Notes under the pieces: model-generated
What the model was told of the DNA's origin: nothing
Seen by the model: only the letters and a program-made list of their open reading frames with translations
Databases searched by the model: none
Shown: piece after piece, positions 19,756 through 30,017 of the stretch
Layout of the letters: each line of letters starts with the position of its first letter
Position numbering within the stretch: position 1 is the stretch's first letter
Assembly (NCBI GenBank): GCA_964548195.1
Contig: CAZJQC010000003.1
Location: forward strand, 17,323-81,322
Origin: an uncultured bacterium
GTDB lineage: Bacteria > Macinerneyibacteriota > Macinerneyibacteria > Macinerneyibacteriales > DSCS01
Direction of reading: 5' to 3'
Length of the DNA stretch: 64,000 bases
Made by a program: the position numbers and the translations under genes

Positions 19756-21432
19756 CTAAAGGACAATGGATTCACGGTATTCGCCGAATTCGTCGCGCAA
19801 CACATTGCAGATCTCGCCAAGCGACGCATACTCCCGGACCGCGTCAAGTATCAGAGGCATAAGGTTTACGTCCTTATTCCCGGCTCCGGCCCTGATGGCG
19901 TCGAGTCTTGCCTTTACCGCGCCATTATCCCTCTCTGCCCTGAGAGTCTTCAACTTCTCGTTTTGTATGTCTCTAAGGGAATTATCTACTTTCAACAGAT
20001 CTCTCGGGGCATCCTCTTCAACCACAAATTTGTTGACGCCGACAACTATGCGCTCTCCGCCCTCAACATCTTTCTGATACTTATAGGCGGCATCCTGTAT
20101 TTCCTTCTGTACATATCCTTTTTCGATGGCCTTTACCATCCCGCCCAGTTCATCGATCTTTTCAATATACTCCATGGCCTCATTCGTGATCCTGTCGGTA
20201 AGGGCTTCGATATAATAGGACCCGCCCAGCGGATCCGCCGTGTTTGTCACACCTGATTCATGAGCGACTATCTGTTGAGTCCTCAAAGCGATCCTTACCG
20301 AATCCTCCGTAGGCAATGCCAGAGCCTCATCCCTTGAGTTCGTGTGCAGGCTCTGTGTCCCTCCAAGCACGGCGGCAAGCGTCTGTATTGCCACCCTCAC
20401 GATATTATTGTCAGGCTGCTGGGCTGTCAGCGTGGAGCCTCCCGTCTGTGTATGGAAACGAAGCATCATCGATTTTTCAGAACGCGCATTAAAGCGCTCT
20501 TTCATGACCTTTGCCCATATTCTTCTCGCGGCTCTGTATTTTGCGACTTCCTCAAGCAGGTCATTATGGGCGTTAAAAAAGAAAGACAGCCTGCCCGCGA
20601 AGCCGTCGACATCCAGCCCGGCATCCATGGCGGTCTTCACGTATTCCATGCCGTCGGCAAGGGTGAATGCGACTTCCTGCACGGCCGTGGACCCGGCTTC
20701 CCTGATATGATAGCCCGAAATACTTATGGTGTTCCATTTCGGGACCTCTTTTGAACAATACTCGAATATGTTTGTGATCAGTCTCATCGAGGGCGTGGGG
20801 GGAAATATATACGTACCCCTCGCTATATACTCCTTCAGTATGTCGTTCTGTATGGTGCCGCGGAGCTTGTCCCGTGAGACGCCCTGTTTTTCGCCGACCG
20901 CTATATACATCGCCAGCAGCACTGCCGCGGGCGCATTGATAGTCATGGATGTGGACACTTTGTCCAGGGGTATGCCGTCAAACAATATCTCCATGTCCCG
21001 GAGCGTGTCAATGGCAACGCCGACTTTGCCGACCTCACCCTCACTGACCGGGTCATCCGAGTCATAGCCGATCTGCGTGGGAAGGTCAAACGCTACCGAG
21101 AGGCCGGTCTGCCCCTGTTCAAGAAGGTATTTGTATCTTCTGTTTGATTCTTCCGCGGTCCCGAATCCGGCATACTGCCTCATGGTCCAGAACCTGCCCC
21201 TGAACATCGTGGGCTGAACGCCTCTTGTATAGGGATAATCCCCGGGAAGGCCGATCTCTTCCAGGTATTTGTCCTCATTGAGCGCGTGTCGAGGCTGGTA
21301 AACCCTCTCGACTTCGATATCGGAACCCGTATGAAATTCCGCTTTCCTTTCGGGAAAACGTTCCAGTACTTTTTTCAGAGTGGTCTCGTTCCACTCTTCC
21401 GTCTTCTTGTCGATCTTTTTAAAATCAGACAT
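19756..21432 (-). CDS. Methylmalonyl-CoA mutase, substrate-binding subunit
   Basis: WTMRQYAGF (Tyr) and KEYIARG (Arg) are MCM-type specificity residues, not the Phe/Gln of isobutyryl-CoA mutase. Confidence 0.93.
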   Translation of the reverse strand: MSDFKKIDKKTEEWNETTLKKVLERFPERKAEFHTGSDIEVERVYQPRHALNEDKYLEEIGLPGDYPYTRGVQPTMFRGRFWTMRQYAGFGTAEESNRRYKYLLEQGQTGLSVAFDLPTQIGYDSDDPVSEGEVGKVGVAIDTLRDMEILFDGIPLDKVSTSMTINAPAAVLLAMYIAVGEKQGVSRDKLRGTIQNDILKEYIARGTYIFPPTPSMRLITNIFEYCSKEVPKWNTISISGYHIREAGSTAVQEVAFTLADGMEYVKTAMDAGLDVDGFAGRLSFFFNAHNDLLEEVAKYRAARRIWAKVMKERFNARSEKSMMLRFHTQTGGSTLTAQQPDNNIVRVAIQTLAAVLGGTQSLHTNSRDEALALPTEDSVRIALRTQQIVAHESGVTNTADPLGGSYYIEALTDRITNEAMEYIEKIDELGGMVKAIEKGYVQKEIQDAAYKYQKDVEGGERIVVGVNKFVVEEDAPRDLLKVDNSLRDIQNEKLKTLRAERDNGAVKARLDAIRAGAGNKDVNLMPLILDAVREYASLGEICNVLRDEFGEYRESIVL

Positions 21433-21442
21433 CCCTGCCTCC

Positions 21443-22645
21443 TTATTTTATTTCCCCGACTATATCAAGTGTGTCTTTGGCTATCATCATCTCTTCATTG
21501 GTCGGGATCACCAGCACCCTGACCTTCGAATCCGGCGCCGAAATATCAACACGCTGCCCGCGCACCTTGTTCTTCTCATAGTCTATCTTAATACCCAGGG
21601 CGTCCATGTCACGGCATATCTCCTCGCGCGACTCCCAGCCGTTCTCGCCGATGCCGGCGGTAAAGACCAGGGCATCACAGCCGTTCATCGCGGCTATATA
21701 GGATCCGATATATTTTTTTGCGTTATAATGGACAAGGTCAAGCGCAAGCTGAGAACGCCTGTCGCCTTCCAATGCCTTAACCTCGACATCCCTCATGTCG
21801 CTTGACACGCCGGACACGCCCAGCATACCGCTTTTTTTATATATGATGTCATGCATGTCGTCAGCGCTGAAGTCGCCTGTGTTCATAAGATATGTGATTA
21901 TGCCCGGATCGAAATCGCCGGAACGCGTCCCCATGGGTATACCGCACATCGTCGTAAACCCAAGAGAGGTGTCCACCGAATGCCCCCCGTTGACGGCGCT
22001 GAAGGAAGTGCCGTTGCCCATGTGGCAGGTGACGATCTTGAGACCCTCAAGTTCTTTTCCCACCATGGCCGCCGCTTCCTGAGCGACATATTTATGGGAT
22101 GTGCCGTGAAAACCGTATCTTCTTATACCGTATTTCTCATACAGCTCATAAGGCAGTGAATACATATATGCCTTGCCGGGCATATTCGCATGAAACGATG
22201 TGTCAAACACGATCACGTTGGGTATGCCCGGTATCAGTTCCATCATGGCCTTTACACCGACAAGGTTATGCGGGTTATGCAGAGGGGCCAGGTGGTTTAA
22301 CGACTCGAGCCGTTCAAGGTCGGACTCTTTTACCAGCGTCGATTCCTTGAAATCTTCCCCGCCGTGCACATACCGGTGTCCGACAGCGTCTATCTCGCAA
22401 TAATCCCTTATGACGCCGTCATGCTCATCGGCAAGAACCGACAGTATTTTTGAAAGCCCGGTCTTATGATCCGCTATATCCGAGATCTCCTTGTGCTTTT
22501 CGCCTTCAAACGCCTTCCAGGACATAACGGAATCGGCTATGCCGATCCTCTCTATCAGTCCCCTGAGCATCACAGTCTCATTTTCCATATCCAGGAACTG
22601 AAATTTGATCGATGAACTGCCGGAATTCAAAACTAAGATTTTCAT
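21443..22645 (-). CDS. ackA: Acetate/propionate kinase
   Basis: [36 protein letters not shown]. Confidence 0.95.
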   Translation of the reverse strand: MKILVLNSGSSSIKFQFLDMENETVMLRGLIERIGIADSVMSWKAFEGEKHKEISDIADHKTGLSKILSVLADEHDGVIRDYCEIDAVGHRYVHGGEDFKESTLVKESDLERLESLNHLAPLHNPHNLVGVKAMMELIPGIPNVIVFDTSFHANMPGKAYMYSLPYELYEKYGIRRYGFHGTSHKYVAQEAAAMVGKELEGLKIVTCHMGNGTSFSAVNGGHSVDTSLGFTTMCGIPMGTRSGDFDPGIITYLMNTGDFSADDMHDIIYKKSGMLGVSGVSSDMRDVEVKALEGDRRSQLALDLVHYNAKKYIGSYIAAMNGCDALVFTAGIGENGWESREEICRDMDALGIKIDYEKNKVRGQRVDISAPDSKVRVLVIPTNEEMMIAKDTLDIVGEIK

Positions 22646-23967
22646 AAATTCTCCTCCATGTGGTGATAAGTCCTTTTCAGCTTGATGACGACAGACCCGT
22701 CAAGAACGTCCCTGTTCATAACGGCGCAAAACGACAAAGCCGAAATATTGTCATAAACATATTGATTATCGCTTACCATTTTAACAAACTGGGAATCCGC
22801 ATAAACACCCAAATGCCATTCGCCGAAGAAATTCTCACGGACCCGGTCGAGACGGGGCCGGGGCTTTGAAAAAGGTGTGTCTCTTAAAAAGGATTCCATG
22901 TCTCTTTTATTGTCAAAGACAAAGAGCCCGTCGTCCTTGCGATAATAATAGGGCTTTTTCATGGAGTTCATTCTTTCTCCCATCACACTTCTCGCAATAA
23001 GCCCCGCCACTCCCGTGATCTTAAGCGCCTTGTATGTCTTCCCGCCATATGTCAGTTCTTCAAATGCTATAGGATATCTTCGTTTAAGCTCTTCCTCGGC
23101 ATGTTCAAGCGTCGCGCCCGCAAGCGGAGAAACGGAAAAAATAAAATAATCCCTGCCGTTTTGGGCTCCGCCCAAAAAACCTTTGTCCAGAAAGGGCATG
23201 GCCTGTTTTTCAATATCTATGCCTGTCATCTCAAAGATCTTTTTCTTGCTTTTCAAAAATGCCTTGAACAGTTCCGTATCCGATATGAGGTTGCGCAGCC
23301 GTGCATAATTTGACTCCAGGCCGTCAAGATCCATTTTGAACATCAGATTGGCGTCTCCCGGCACCGATCCATAGAGATCGGAGATGCGTCCCCGCGGGGG
23401 CACCTCGCCCCTGTAGGGCGTATGAAACCTGATCTCGGCCGTGTTATCATCGCTGTGTGTATAAAAGCGCCCCCATATGTCATCACTGAACGGGACGCCC
23501 CTGATATGATTCCCGGAGGCGCTGATCACGAAAGTGCCTTCGCCCCCGCCTTTAAGTTTTTTGAAAAGCGCCTCGCGTTCGGGGGCCACATCATGTCTGC
23601 GGAGATGAAAATCCGCATTGTCCGTGACACAGAACACATTTTTTTCCACCTGCCCGTACGGCCTCAGCAATGTTGTAAGAAAGGATAACTTCAAAAACAG
23701 ATACTTTTTTCCGCCGCCGTCTATGACAAGGTAAAAATCCTTTGAGGGTATATATTTCAGTATCCCGATATCCGCAAACCCGGCGCTGTCCAAGGCAGGC
23801 GAACTGAGGCTGAGCGCCCCCTTGTAGTCATTGACCCTGAGCGCCGCGGCCGTGTCTTCCGGAAAATACTCATACACGCTGCCCCTGTCAAAAAAAAGAT
23901 ACAGCACGGCCGATAATGTCAGTATAAATAACGGGATCAAAATCCCTTTGAGTCTTCTCTTTTTCAT
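22642..23967 (-). CDS. Hypothetical N-terminally membrane-anchored protein
   Basis: 441 aa; basic N-terminus plus TM helix; ATGA overlap with ackA. Confidence 0.7.
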   Translation of the reverse strand: MKKRRLKGILIPLFILTLSAVLYLFFDRGSVYEYFPEDTAAALRVNDYKGALSLSSPALDSAGFADIGILKYIPSKDFYLVIDGGGKKYLFLKLSFLTTLLRPYGQVEKNVFCVTDNADFHLRRHDVAPEREALFKKLKGGGEGTFVISASGNHIRGVPFSDDIWGRFYTHSDDNTAEIRFHTPYRGEVPPRGRISDLYGSVPGDANLMFKMDLDGLESNYARLRNLISDTELFKAFLKSKKKIFEMTGIDIEKQAMPFLDKGFLGGAQNGRDYFIFSVSPLAGATLEHAEEELKRRYPIAFEELTYGGKTYKALKITGVAGLIARSVMGERMNSMKKPYYYRKDDGLFVFDNKRDMESFLRDTPFSKPRPRLDRVRENFFGEWHLGVYADSQFVKMVSDNQYVYDNISALSFCAVMNRDVLDGSVVIKLKRTYHHMEENL

Positions 23968-23984
23968 TCAATCCCCACGATTTA

Positions 23985-24057
23985 AGTGCCCGAAAGGAGT
24001 CGAACCTTCAGCCTGCAGATCCGGAGTCTGCCGCTCTATCCATTGAGCTACGGGCAC
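23985..24057 (-). tRNA. tRNA-Arg(CCG), CCA not encoded
   Basis: GTGCCCG/CGGGCAC acceptor stem, AGCTCAATGGATAGAGC D arm, GCAGA-CTCCGGA-TCTGC anticodon arm, GGTTCGACTCC T arm. Confidence 0.96.
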
Positions 24058-24068
24058 ATCCGTGAGAT

Positions 24069-24096
24069 ATTATATAGACGAAACACCCATTGTCAA
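24069..24096 (-). promoter_or_regulatory. Sigma70 promoter of tRNA-Arg
   Basis: TTGACA-16-TATAAT. Confidence 0.8.
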
Positions 24097-24127
24097 GAAA
24101 CATGGTTCCGCATTATGCGGTTTCATG

Positions 24128-25513
24128 TCACAACTCGAATACGTCGTCGGGATACGGTACATGTATCTCCGCGGATGTATGCGATTTGAGCGTTTCAGCG
24201 AGATCCAGAGCGGACTGCTCTTCGCCGTGCACTATAAAGATCTTTTTCAATCCGTCATTGACCGACTCCACAAGACTGATCAGATCATCCCTGTCTCCGT
24301 GCGCCGAAAAGGACTCGATGCGTTCCACGAACGCATTGACATCATATGCCTCGCCGAATATTTTCACCGATTTTTCACCGTCAAGTATCTTTCTGCCCAG
24401 GGTGTTTTCCGCCTGATAACCGACAAACAGCACGCAGTTGCGCTGGTCCTCGACATTGTTTTTCAGATGATGCAGTATCCTTCCGGCTTCACACATGCCG
24501 GATGCGGAGATGATGACCATCGGTTCATCGGTCTCATTGAGTTTTTTGGAATCCTGCACATTCTGTATATAGCGCAGCGAGTCAAATCCGAACGGGTCGC
24601 CGCCTTTCAGCAGAAAGTCATGGGTCTCCCGGTCAAAACATTCCGCGTGCAGCCTGAACACGGCGGTGGCATTGACGCTGAGCGGGCTGTCCACGTAGAT
24701 GGGGATCTCCGGTATTTTCCCGGCATCAAACAATCTGTGCAATGCATATACAAGCTCCTGTGTCCTGCCCACTGAAAAGGAGGGCACGATCACCTTTCCG
24801 CCTCTTTTTACGGTCTGATTTATGATACGGGCCAGTTCGTCGTCCACATTTTTTATATCGTCATGCAGTCTGTTCCCGTAAGTGCTCTCTATCACAAGGT
24901 AATCCACTTTTTCGGTCACTTTATCAGGGTCCTTCAGTATGGGAAGGTTTTTACGCCCGTAATCCCCTGAAAACAATATGTTTTTCCCTTCCGAAGAGAC
25001 CAGAGCCATGGCAGACCCCAAAATATGGCCGGCATCGTAAAATTTCACCTTCACATCGTCAAAAAACCGTATATCCCTCATATAATTGTAGCTTACAAAA
25101 TACTGCAGGGCGTCAAGAGCGTCATCCATCACATAAAGGGGTTCAAAGGGAGCCTGTCCGTTTTTAGCTCTCTTTTTATTGACGTAAGAGACGTCGTTTT
25201 CCTGTATGTGGGCGGAGTCTCTCAACATCACATTGGCCAGGTCCCTGGTCGCATGTGTACAGATAATATCGCCCTGAAAACCGTTTTTGACGAGTGAGGG
25301 TATATTGCCCGAATGGTCGATATGGGCATGTGTGAGTATCATGCCGTCAAGGGATTTCGGGTCCACTCCGTCCATTTTGCGGTTGAGCTCAAAAGCCTCT
25401 TTTCGTTTACCCTGAAACAGGCCGCAATCCACAAGTATCTCCCGGTTGGACGTGCTCAGCAGATGTTTTGACCCGGTCACCCTTCTGGCGGCACCTTTAA
25501 ATGTAATTTTCAT
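24128..25513 (-). CDS. MBL-fold beta-CASP ribonuclease
   Basis: VTGS, DCGLFQG, THAHIDHSG, AGHILGS, ESTYG, FSAHGD, VHGE. Confidence 0.92.
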   Translation of the reverse strand: MKITFKGAARRVTGSKHLLSTSNREILVDCGLFQGKRKEAFELNRKMDGVDPKSLDGMILTHAHIDHSGNIPSLVKNGFQGDIICTHATRDLANVMLRDSAHIQENDVSYVNKKRAKNGQAPFEPLYVMDDALDALQYFVSYNYMRDIRFFDDVKVKFYDAGHILGSAMALVSSEGKNILFSGDYGRKNLPILKDPDKVTEKVDYLVIESTYGNRLHDDIKNVDDELARIINQTVKRGGKVIVPSFSVGRTQELVYALHRLFDAGKIPEIPIYVDSPLSVNATAVFRLHAECFDRETHDFLLKGGDPFGFDSLRYIQNVQDSKKLNETDEPMVIISASGMCEAGRILHHLKNNVEDQRNCVLFVGYQAENTLGRKILDGEKSVKIFGEAYDVNAFVERIESFSAHGDRDDLISLVESVNDGLKKIFIVHGEEQSALDLAETLKSHTSAEIHVPYPDDVFEL

Positions 25514-25538
25514 GTCTCTCCTTTTGTTATGATATCAG

Positions 25539-26990
25539 TCAGTTTCTGTTTTTTATAAAGGCATCCTTGCCCATCAGCATCCGTGTGGCGAGAGGATAGA
25601 TCCTTTTCAACTCCTCCTCGATGCGGTGTGAAAGCGCGCGCACTTCCCATTGCGCATGGGCATCACTGCGCAGCCTCACGAAATGGTACCATTCGCGGAG
25701 ATCCGCCTTCATCACTATGTTTCTCCTATGGGCGTTTGTCAGCACATAGTTACAGGCCAGCCTGTCGAATATACGCACCCTTTCATACAACTCGTTGACA
25801 GAATCCATCATATCAAGGAACGATTTTTCCTCGTCTATTTCCTTGATCGAATCCGGCACCATGACGCCCAGATCCGGATCATAGTCGCCCCTTAATATAG
25901 TGGCCATCCTGTGGCGCTTCACCTGTGCATAGCAGGAAGCCGACATTGTGAGCTGAAACGTTGCTCCGGCCAGCTCGAACACCCGGTCCATGCTGTCGTA
26001 AAAATTCAGGCCTTCCCAGAGCCTGGAATAGATCTGTTCGGTGTCAAGCCGGTTTTCCAGTATGTCCTCGTAATCCAGGCGCGAATTTTTGAAGACGGCG
26101 CCTGCGGCGATCTTCATGTCGCCGTCGACGGTGGAAGAGACAAGCCGGACCGGCTCGTACTTCTTCTTGTCCGAAGGGATGCCCGGGTTGAACGTGCCCT
26201 CCCACGGCTTAAAATCGTATTCGCCCGGCTCACTGAATACTATCAGCGACGGGACTTTTTCATGTACCAGCCTGTACAGCGACTTTCCCAGCTTCTGAAG
26301 CTCGAAATTCTGGCAGGCTGAAAGCCTTTTGATCATATATTCGAGGTTTCTGGCATTCACCGTCATCCCCATCTGCGAAGTGGTCGCCATTGAGAGCACA
26401 TATCTGGCATCCTCCTTCGCCTTTCCGCTTATATCCCGTTTTGACATATCCGGATATTTATCGAGGAAGTACTTTTCCAAAACGGTGTAGTACCTGTTAT
26501 AAAGCCCGTTTTGCCGTTCAAGCATCTCTGTAAATTCCGAGACAAGGGTGCTGTCGTCCCTGAACTCTTCGGGGATGATGAAATCCTTGTCAAGTCTTAT
26601 GTATCGTTGTGATTTTTCGGTAAACGAGACAAGCCTGTGTTCCTGGATGAACTCGGAGGCAAGCCTTGATACCCCTATAAGATCTATATTGAAAACAGCA
26701 TGCTCGGCCACCGAGCCGTGGCCCATTCCATAGATGATGCTTTCATTGGATTTTCTGGCTTTTTCTATTGCTTTTACTGAATCGGATCTGAGCTGATCGA
26801 CGGACAAAGGCGATCTGCTGATCCGGGCATAGGCGGCTGATATGGTCTCCGGCGTAACCGCGTCATTCTCTATCAATCCCCTTAACGCCGACAATGCATC
26901 GCCGTCGTCCTCCATCACAGCTTTTTTCAGCAGCTCTATCAGTGATGCGTCTATGTTCATCCCGGCCAATATTACTTTCATATTCGCCAC
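25539..26990 (-). CDS. thyX: Flavin-dependent thymidylate synthase with tandem Thy1 domains
   Basis: GHGSVAEH, EHRLVSFTEKSQRY, EDARY; second domain KRHR and HAQWEVR. Confidence 0.85.
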   Translation of the reverse strand: MANMKVILAGMNIDASLIELLKKAVMEDDGDALSALRGLIENDAVTPETISAAYARISRSPLSVDQLRSDSVKAIEKARKSNESIIYGMGHGSVAEHAVFNIDLIGVSRLASEFIQEHRLVSFTEKSQRYIRLDKDFIIPEEFRDDSTLVSEFTEMLERQNGLYNRYYTVLEKYFLDKYPDMSKRDISGKAKEDARYVLSMATTSQMGMTVNARNLEYMIKRLSACQNFELQKLGKSLYRLVHEKVPSLIVFSEPGEYDFKPWEGTFNPGIPSDKKKYEPVRLVSSTVDGDMKIAAGAVFKNSRLDYEDILENRLDTEQIYSRLWEGLNFYDSMDRVFELAGATFQLTMSASCYAQVKRHRMATILRGDYDPDLGVMVPDSIKEIDEEKSFLDMMDSVNELYERVRIFDRLACNYVLTNAHRRNIVMKADLREWYHFVRLRSDAHAQWEVRALSHRIEEELKRIYPLATRMLMGKDAFIKNRN

Positions 26991-27009
26991 TCCCTTCCCG
27001 ATTCAGAGC

Positions 27010-27038
27010 ATTATACTATATTCTGAGAATAATTTCAA
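27010..27038 (-). promoter_or_regulatory. Sigma70 promoter of thyX
   Basis: TTGAAA-17-TATAAT. Confidence 0.65.
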
Positions 27039-27046
27039 ACCATTAT

Positions 27047-28297
27047 CTATCGGCCCTGTATCGCCCTTCCCAGTGAAAAAACAGGCATATATATGGCCAG
27101 TGTAAGGACCAGCACAAGCGACGCCATGAAAATAATAAGCATCGGTTCGATGATCTGACTGAGACGGTCGACGCGCTTATTGATCTCCGAGTCGAAAAAA
27201 TTATTGAACTTCAGAAGCATATCGTCCAGGGAGCCGGTCTCTTCACCGGTGCCCACCATCTGCACAAATATCGACGGGTATATCTTGCCCTCCTCCTGGA
27301 GGCTGTCATATATGGTGTAGCCCTGCTGTATCTTCTTGCTGATGCGTTTGAGCGATTGCTTGTACACTTCGTTGTTTATGATGTTTCCTGAGAGTTCTAT
27401 GGATTTGATGATGTTTATGCCGGCGATGAGCAGCAGCCCGAAAGTCTTCGTGAAGTTGACCAATATGCCCATCCTGTATATATCGCCCAGTTTCGGGAAA
27501 TTGAGCAGGAATTTATGGTATATGAACCGCACCCGCTCATTCGTCCTGATAAAATATTTCAATGCGACAAAGACTATGACCAGGAGCACTGCTATGATCA
27601 GCGCATTGTATTTTATAAACTCCGATATGGACATCACGACCAGCGTCACGGTCGGAAGCTGCGCATTCATGGACGAGTATATGTTTTTGAATTTGGGCAC
27701 CACAAAAAGCATCAGCCCCACCGTCGCCAGTATGATCACGGTAAGCACGACCGCCGGATATCGCGTTGCGGATTTCACTTTGTCCCTGATATCTTTCATA
27801 CGTTCTATGTATTCGCTTATGCTTATCAGCGTGACGTCAAGCCCGCCCGAAGCCTCGGCGCTCCTTATCATGTTTATGAAAAGGTTTGAAAAGATCTTGG
27901 GATATTTGGCGATGGAGTCTGAAAAAGCTATGCCTGCCCTTATATCGTCTATCACTTTGCCCAGGGCCTCTTTGAACTCGAGGTTTTTCTCATCCCTCGC
28001 GAGGGTCTCAAGCGACTGGAATATAGGCAGCCCCGCGCCTATCATTGAACCCAGCTGCCTGGAAAACATTATCAGCGTGGTATCGCTCACCGTGGTGCCG
28101 GAGATGTTTATACGGTTCAGACCGCGCAGCATGTCCCTGAAAAAGAAACCCTTCTTTTCGCCTTTTTCATGTATTTCAAGTATCGTGAGCTCGTTCTCCC
28201 TCATCATGGTGACCAGCTCTTCCTTGTTGAAGGCTATGAAATTCTCTTTTTTCTTTTTTCCCTTGCGGTCAAAATATGTAACCTTGAACTCAGGCAT
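27047..28297 (-). CDS. pilC: Type IV pilus/T2SS inner-membrane platform (PilC/GspF)
   Basis: FSRQLGSMIGAGLP, GEETGSLD, IIEP; start at MPEFK. Confidence 0.9.
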   Translation of the reverse strand: MPEFKVTYFDRKGKKKKENFIAFNKEELVTMMRENELTILEIHEKGEKKGFFFRDMLRGLNRINISGTTVSDTTLIMFSRQLGSMIGAGLPIFQSLETLARDEKNLEFKEALGKVIDDIRAGIAFSDSIAKYPKIFSNLFINMIRSAEASGGLDVTLISISEYIERMKDIRDKVKSATRYPAVVLTVIILATVGLMLFVVPKFKNIYSSMNAQLPTVTLVVMSISEFIKYNALIIAVLLVIVFVALKYFIRTNERVRFIYHKFLLNFPKLGDIYRMGILVNFTKTFGLLLIAGINIIKSIELSGNIINNEVYKQSLKRISKKIQQGYTIYDSLQEEGKIYPSIFVQMVGTGEETGSLDDMLLKFNNFFDSEINKRVDRLSQIIEPMLIIFMASLVLVLTLAIYMPVFSLGRAIQGR

Positions 28298-28298
28298 A

Positions 28299-30011
28299 TC
28301 ATTCCTCGCTGAAAGTTGCGGAGAAAACCTCTTCAATGGTGGTTATACCCCGTTCTATCTTGTCAAGACCGTCCTGCCGCATCAATTTCATGCCGTTTTT
28401 CACGGCTTCCGCTTTCAGTCCGTCTTCATCCGCGGCCGCAAATATCAGGCGGCGCAGCGGTTTGTTCACCGAAAGTATTTCAAATATCCCTATACGCCCG
28501 GAATAACCCAGATTATTGCATTGCAGACAGCCTTTGCCCTTGTAAAGCACAGAGCCCTGCTTGATCCCGTATTTCTCAAGTATTGCCTCATCGGTCACAT
28601 AGGCTTCTTTGCAGCTGTCGCAGACCTTTCTCACAAGTCTCTGCGCCACCACCATGTTCAGAGAGGAACCCACAAGATAGGGAGGTATTCCCATGTCTAT
28701 AAGCCTTGTGACCGTTGCGGCGGCGTCATTGGCATGTATGGTGGAAAGGACCAGATGGCCCGTAAGGGCCGCCCTTATGGCGATCTCCGCGGTCTCTTTG
28801 TCACGGATCTCGCCCACCATGATGACGTCCGGGTCCTGCCTCAGCATGGACCGGAGGCCAGAAGCAAAGGTAAGCCCCGCTTTTTCGTTGACCTGCACCT
28901 GATTGATGCCGTTCATATTGTATTCGATGGGATCCTCGATCGTGATTATGTTCTTGTCAGGGGCGACCAATTCCTTCAATATTGAATACATTGTGGTCGT
29001 CTTGCCGCTGCCCGTTGGCCCGGAGACCAATATGATGCCGTAAGGCTTGCTGAAATTATCTATAAACACCGGCAGAAGATTATTTGAAATGCCCAGGCTT
29101 TGTATGCCCAGCACCCCCACGGACTTGTTCAGAATACGCATGACGATCTTTTCGCCGTATATTGTAGGCAAAGTGGAGACCCTTATGTCCACATTATAGA
29201 TCTTGTGCTTGAATGAAAACCTGCCGTCCTGGGGCACCCTCTTCTCGGCTATATTTATATTTGATATGATCTTTATCCTGGATATTATGGCAGCCTGAAG
29301 TTTTTTGGGAGGTGTCACGATCTCTATCAGTTTTCCGTCTATTCGGAAACGTATCTTGAGCAGATGTTCGAACGGCTCTATGTGTATGTCGGTGGCATTT
29401 TTATTGATCGCCTCTATCAATATGTAATTGACAAGGCGTATGGCAGGCGCTTCGTCCTCTTCGGTGACCGTCATCTCGCTCATAGCCTCTTCTTCGGACT
29501 CGAAGCTGATCTCCTCTTCCTGCTGTATCTGTATTTCCTTGACTTTCTGTATCTCTGAATAAAGCTTCCTTATGCCGCTTGCTATGTCGTCGCCGTCCGC
29601 AAGCATGGTGACGATATTCATTGAGACTATGCTTTTAAGGTTTTCCAGGAGTATTATGTCCTCGGGATGTTCCGTGGCAACATAAAGCTTTTCCGTCTTC
29701 TGATCGAATTTTACCGGAAGGACGTTGTATTTTAGAGCGATCTCCTGCGGTATCTTATAGACGACGTCAGGGCTTATATTGATCAGCATGTCTCCGGTGA
29801 CAAGATCGACATTAAGCTGCTCCGCAAGTGTTGTGAGAAAATCATCCTTTGATATATAGCCCATCTCAATAAGGGCCTTGCCCAGCTTCAGCCCTTCCTT
29901 TTTCTGATACAGCAGGGCTTCGCTCAGCTGCTCCTGAGTGAGCAGCCCTTTGCTTATAAGCAGTTCTCCCACGCGGGAATATACATTCTTATATCTTTTA
30001 TTTCCCGTCAT
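28299..30011 (-). CDS. pilB: Type IV pilus/T2SS assembly ATPase (PilB/GspE) with MshEN domain
   Basis: GPTGSGKTT, TIEDPIE, LRQDPD, TGHLV, tetracysteine; N-terminal RVGELL..GLL....L...L..Q. Confidence 0.92.
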   Translation of the reverse strand: MTGNKRYKNVYSRVGELLISKGLLTQEQLSEALLYQKKEGLKLGKALIEMGYISKDDFLTTLAEQLNVDLVTGDMLINISPDVVYKIPQEIALKYNVLPVKFDQKTEKLYVATEHPEDIILLENLKSIVSMNIVTMLADGDDIASGIRKLYSEIQKVKEIQIQQEEEISFESEEEAMSEMTVTEEDEAPAIRLVNYILIEAINKNATDIHIEPFEHLLKIRFRIDGKLIEIVTPPKKLQAAIISRIKIISNINIAEKRVPQDGRFSFKHKIYNVDIRVSTLPTIYGEKIVMRILNKSVGVLGIQSLGISNNLLPVFIDNFSKPYGIILVSGPTGSGKTTTMYSILKELVAPDKNIITIEDPIEYNMNGINQVQVNEKAGLTFASGLRSMLRQDPDVIMVGEIRDKETAEIAIRAALTGHLVLSTIHANDAAATVTRLIDMGIPPYLVGSSLNMVVAQRLVRKVCDSCKEAYVTDEAILEKYGIKQGSVLYKGKGCLQCNNLGYSGRIGIFEILSVNKPLRRLIFAAADEDGLKAEAVKNGMKLMRQDGLDKIERGITTIEEVFSATFSEE

Positions 30012-30017
30012 GCGGCA

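Noticed and set aside
19756..21432. Isobutyryl-CoA or 2-hydroxyisobutyryl-CoA mutase
   Set aside because: RQYAGF Tyr and IARG Arg, plus epimerase and decarboxylase neighbours, indicate methylmalonyl-CoA mutase
23985..24128. tRNA as integration site of a genomic island
   Set aside because: No integrase, no repeated tRNA 3' end seen, and flanks are housekeeping genes
27336..28985. 549-aa plus-strand ORF
   Set aside because: Antisense shadow of pilC/pilB; Ser/Ile-rich with no recognisable motifs
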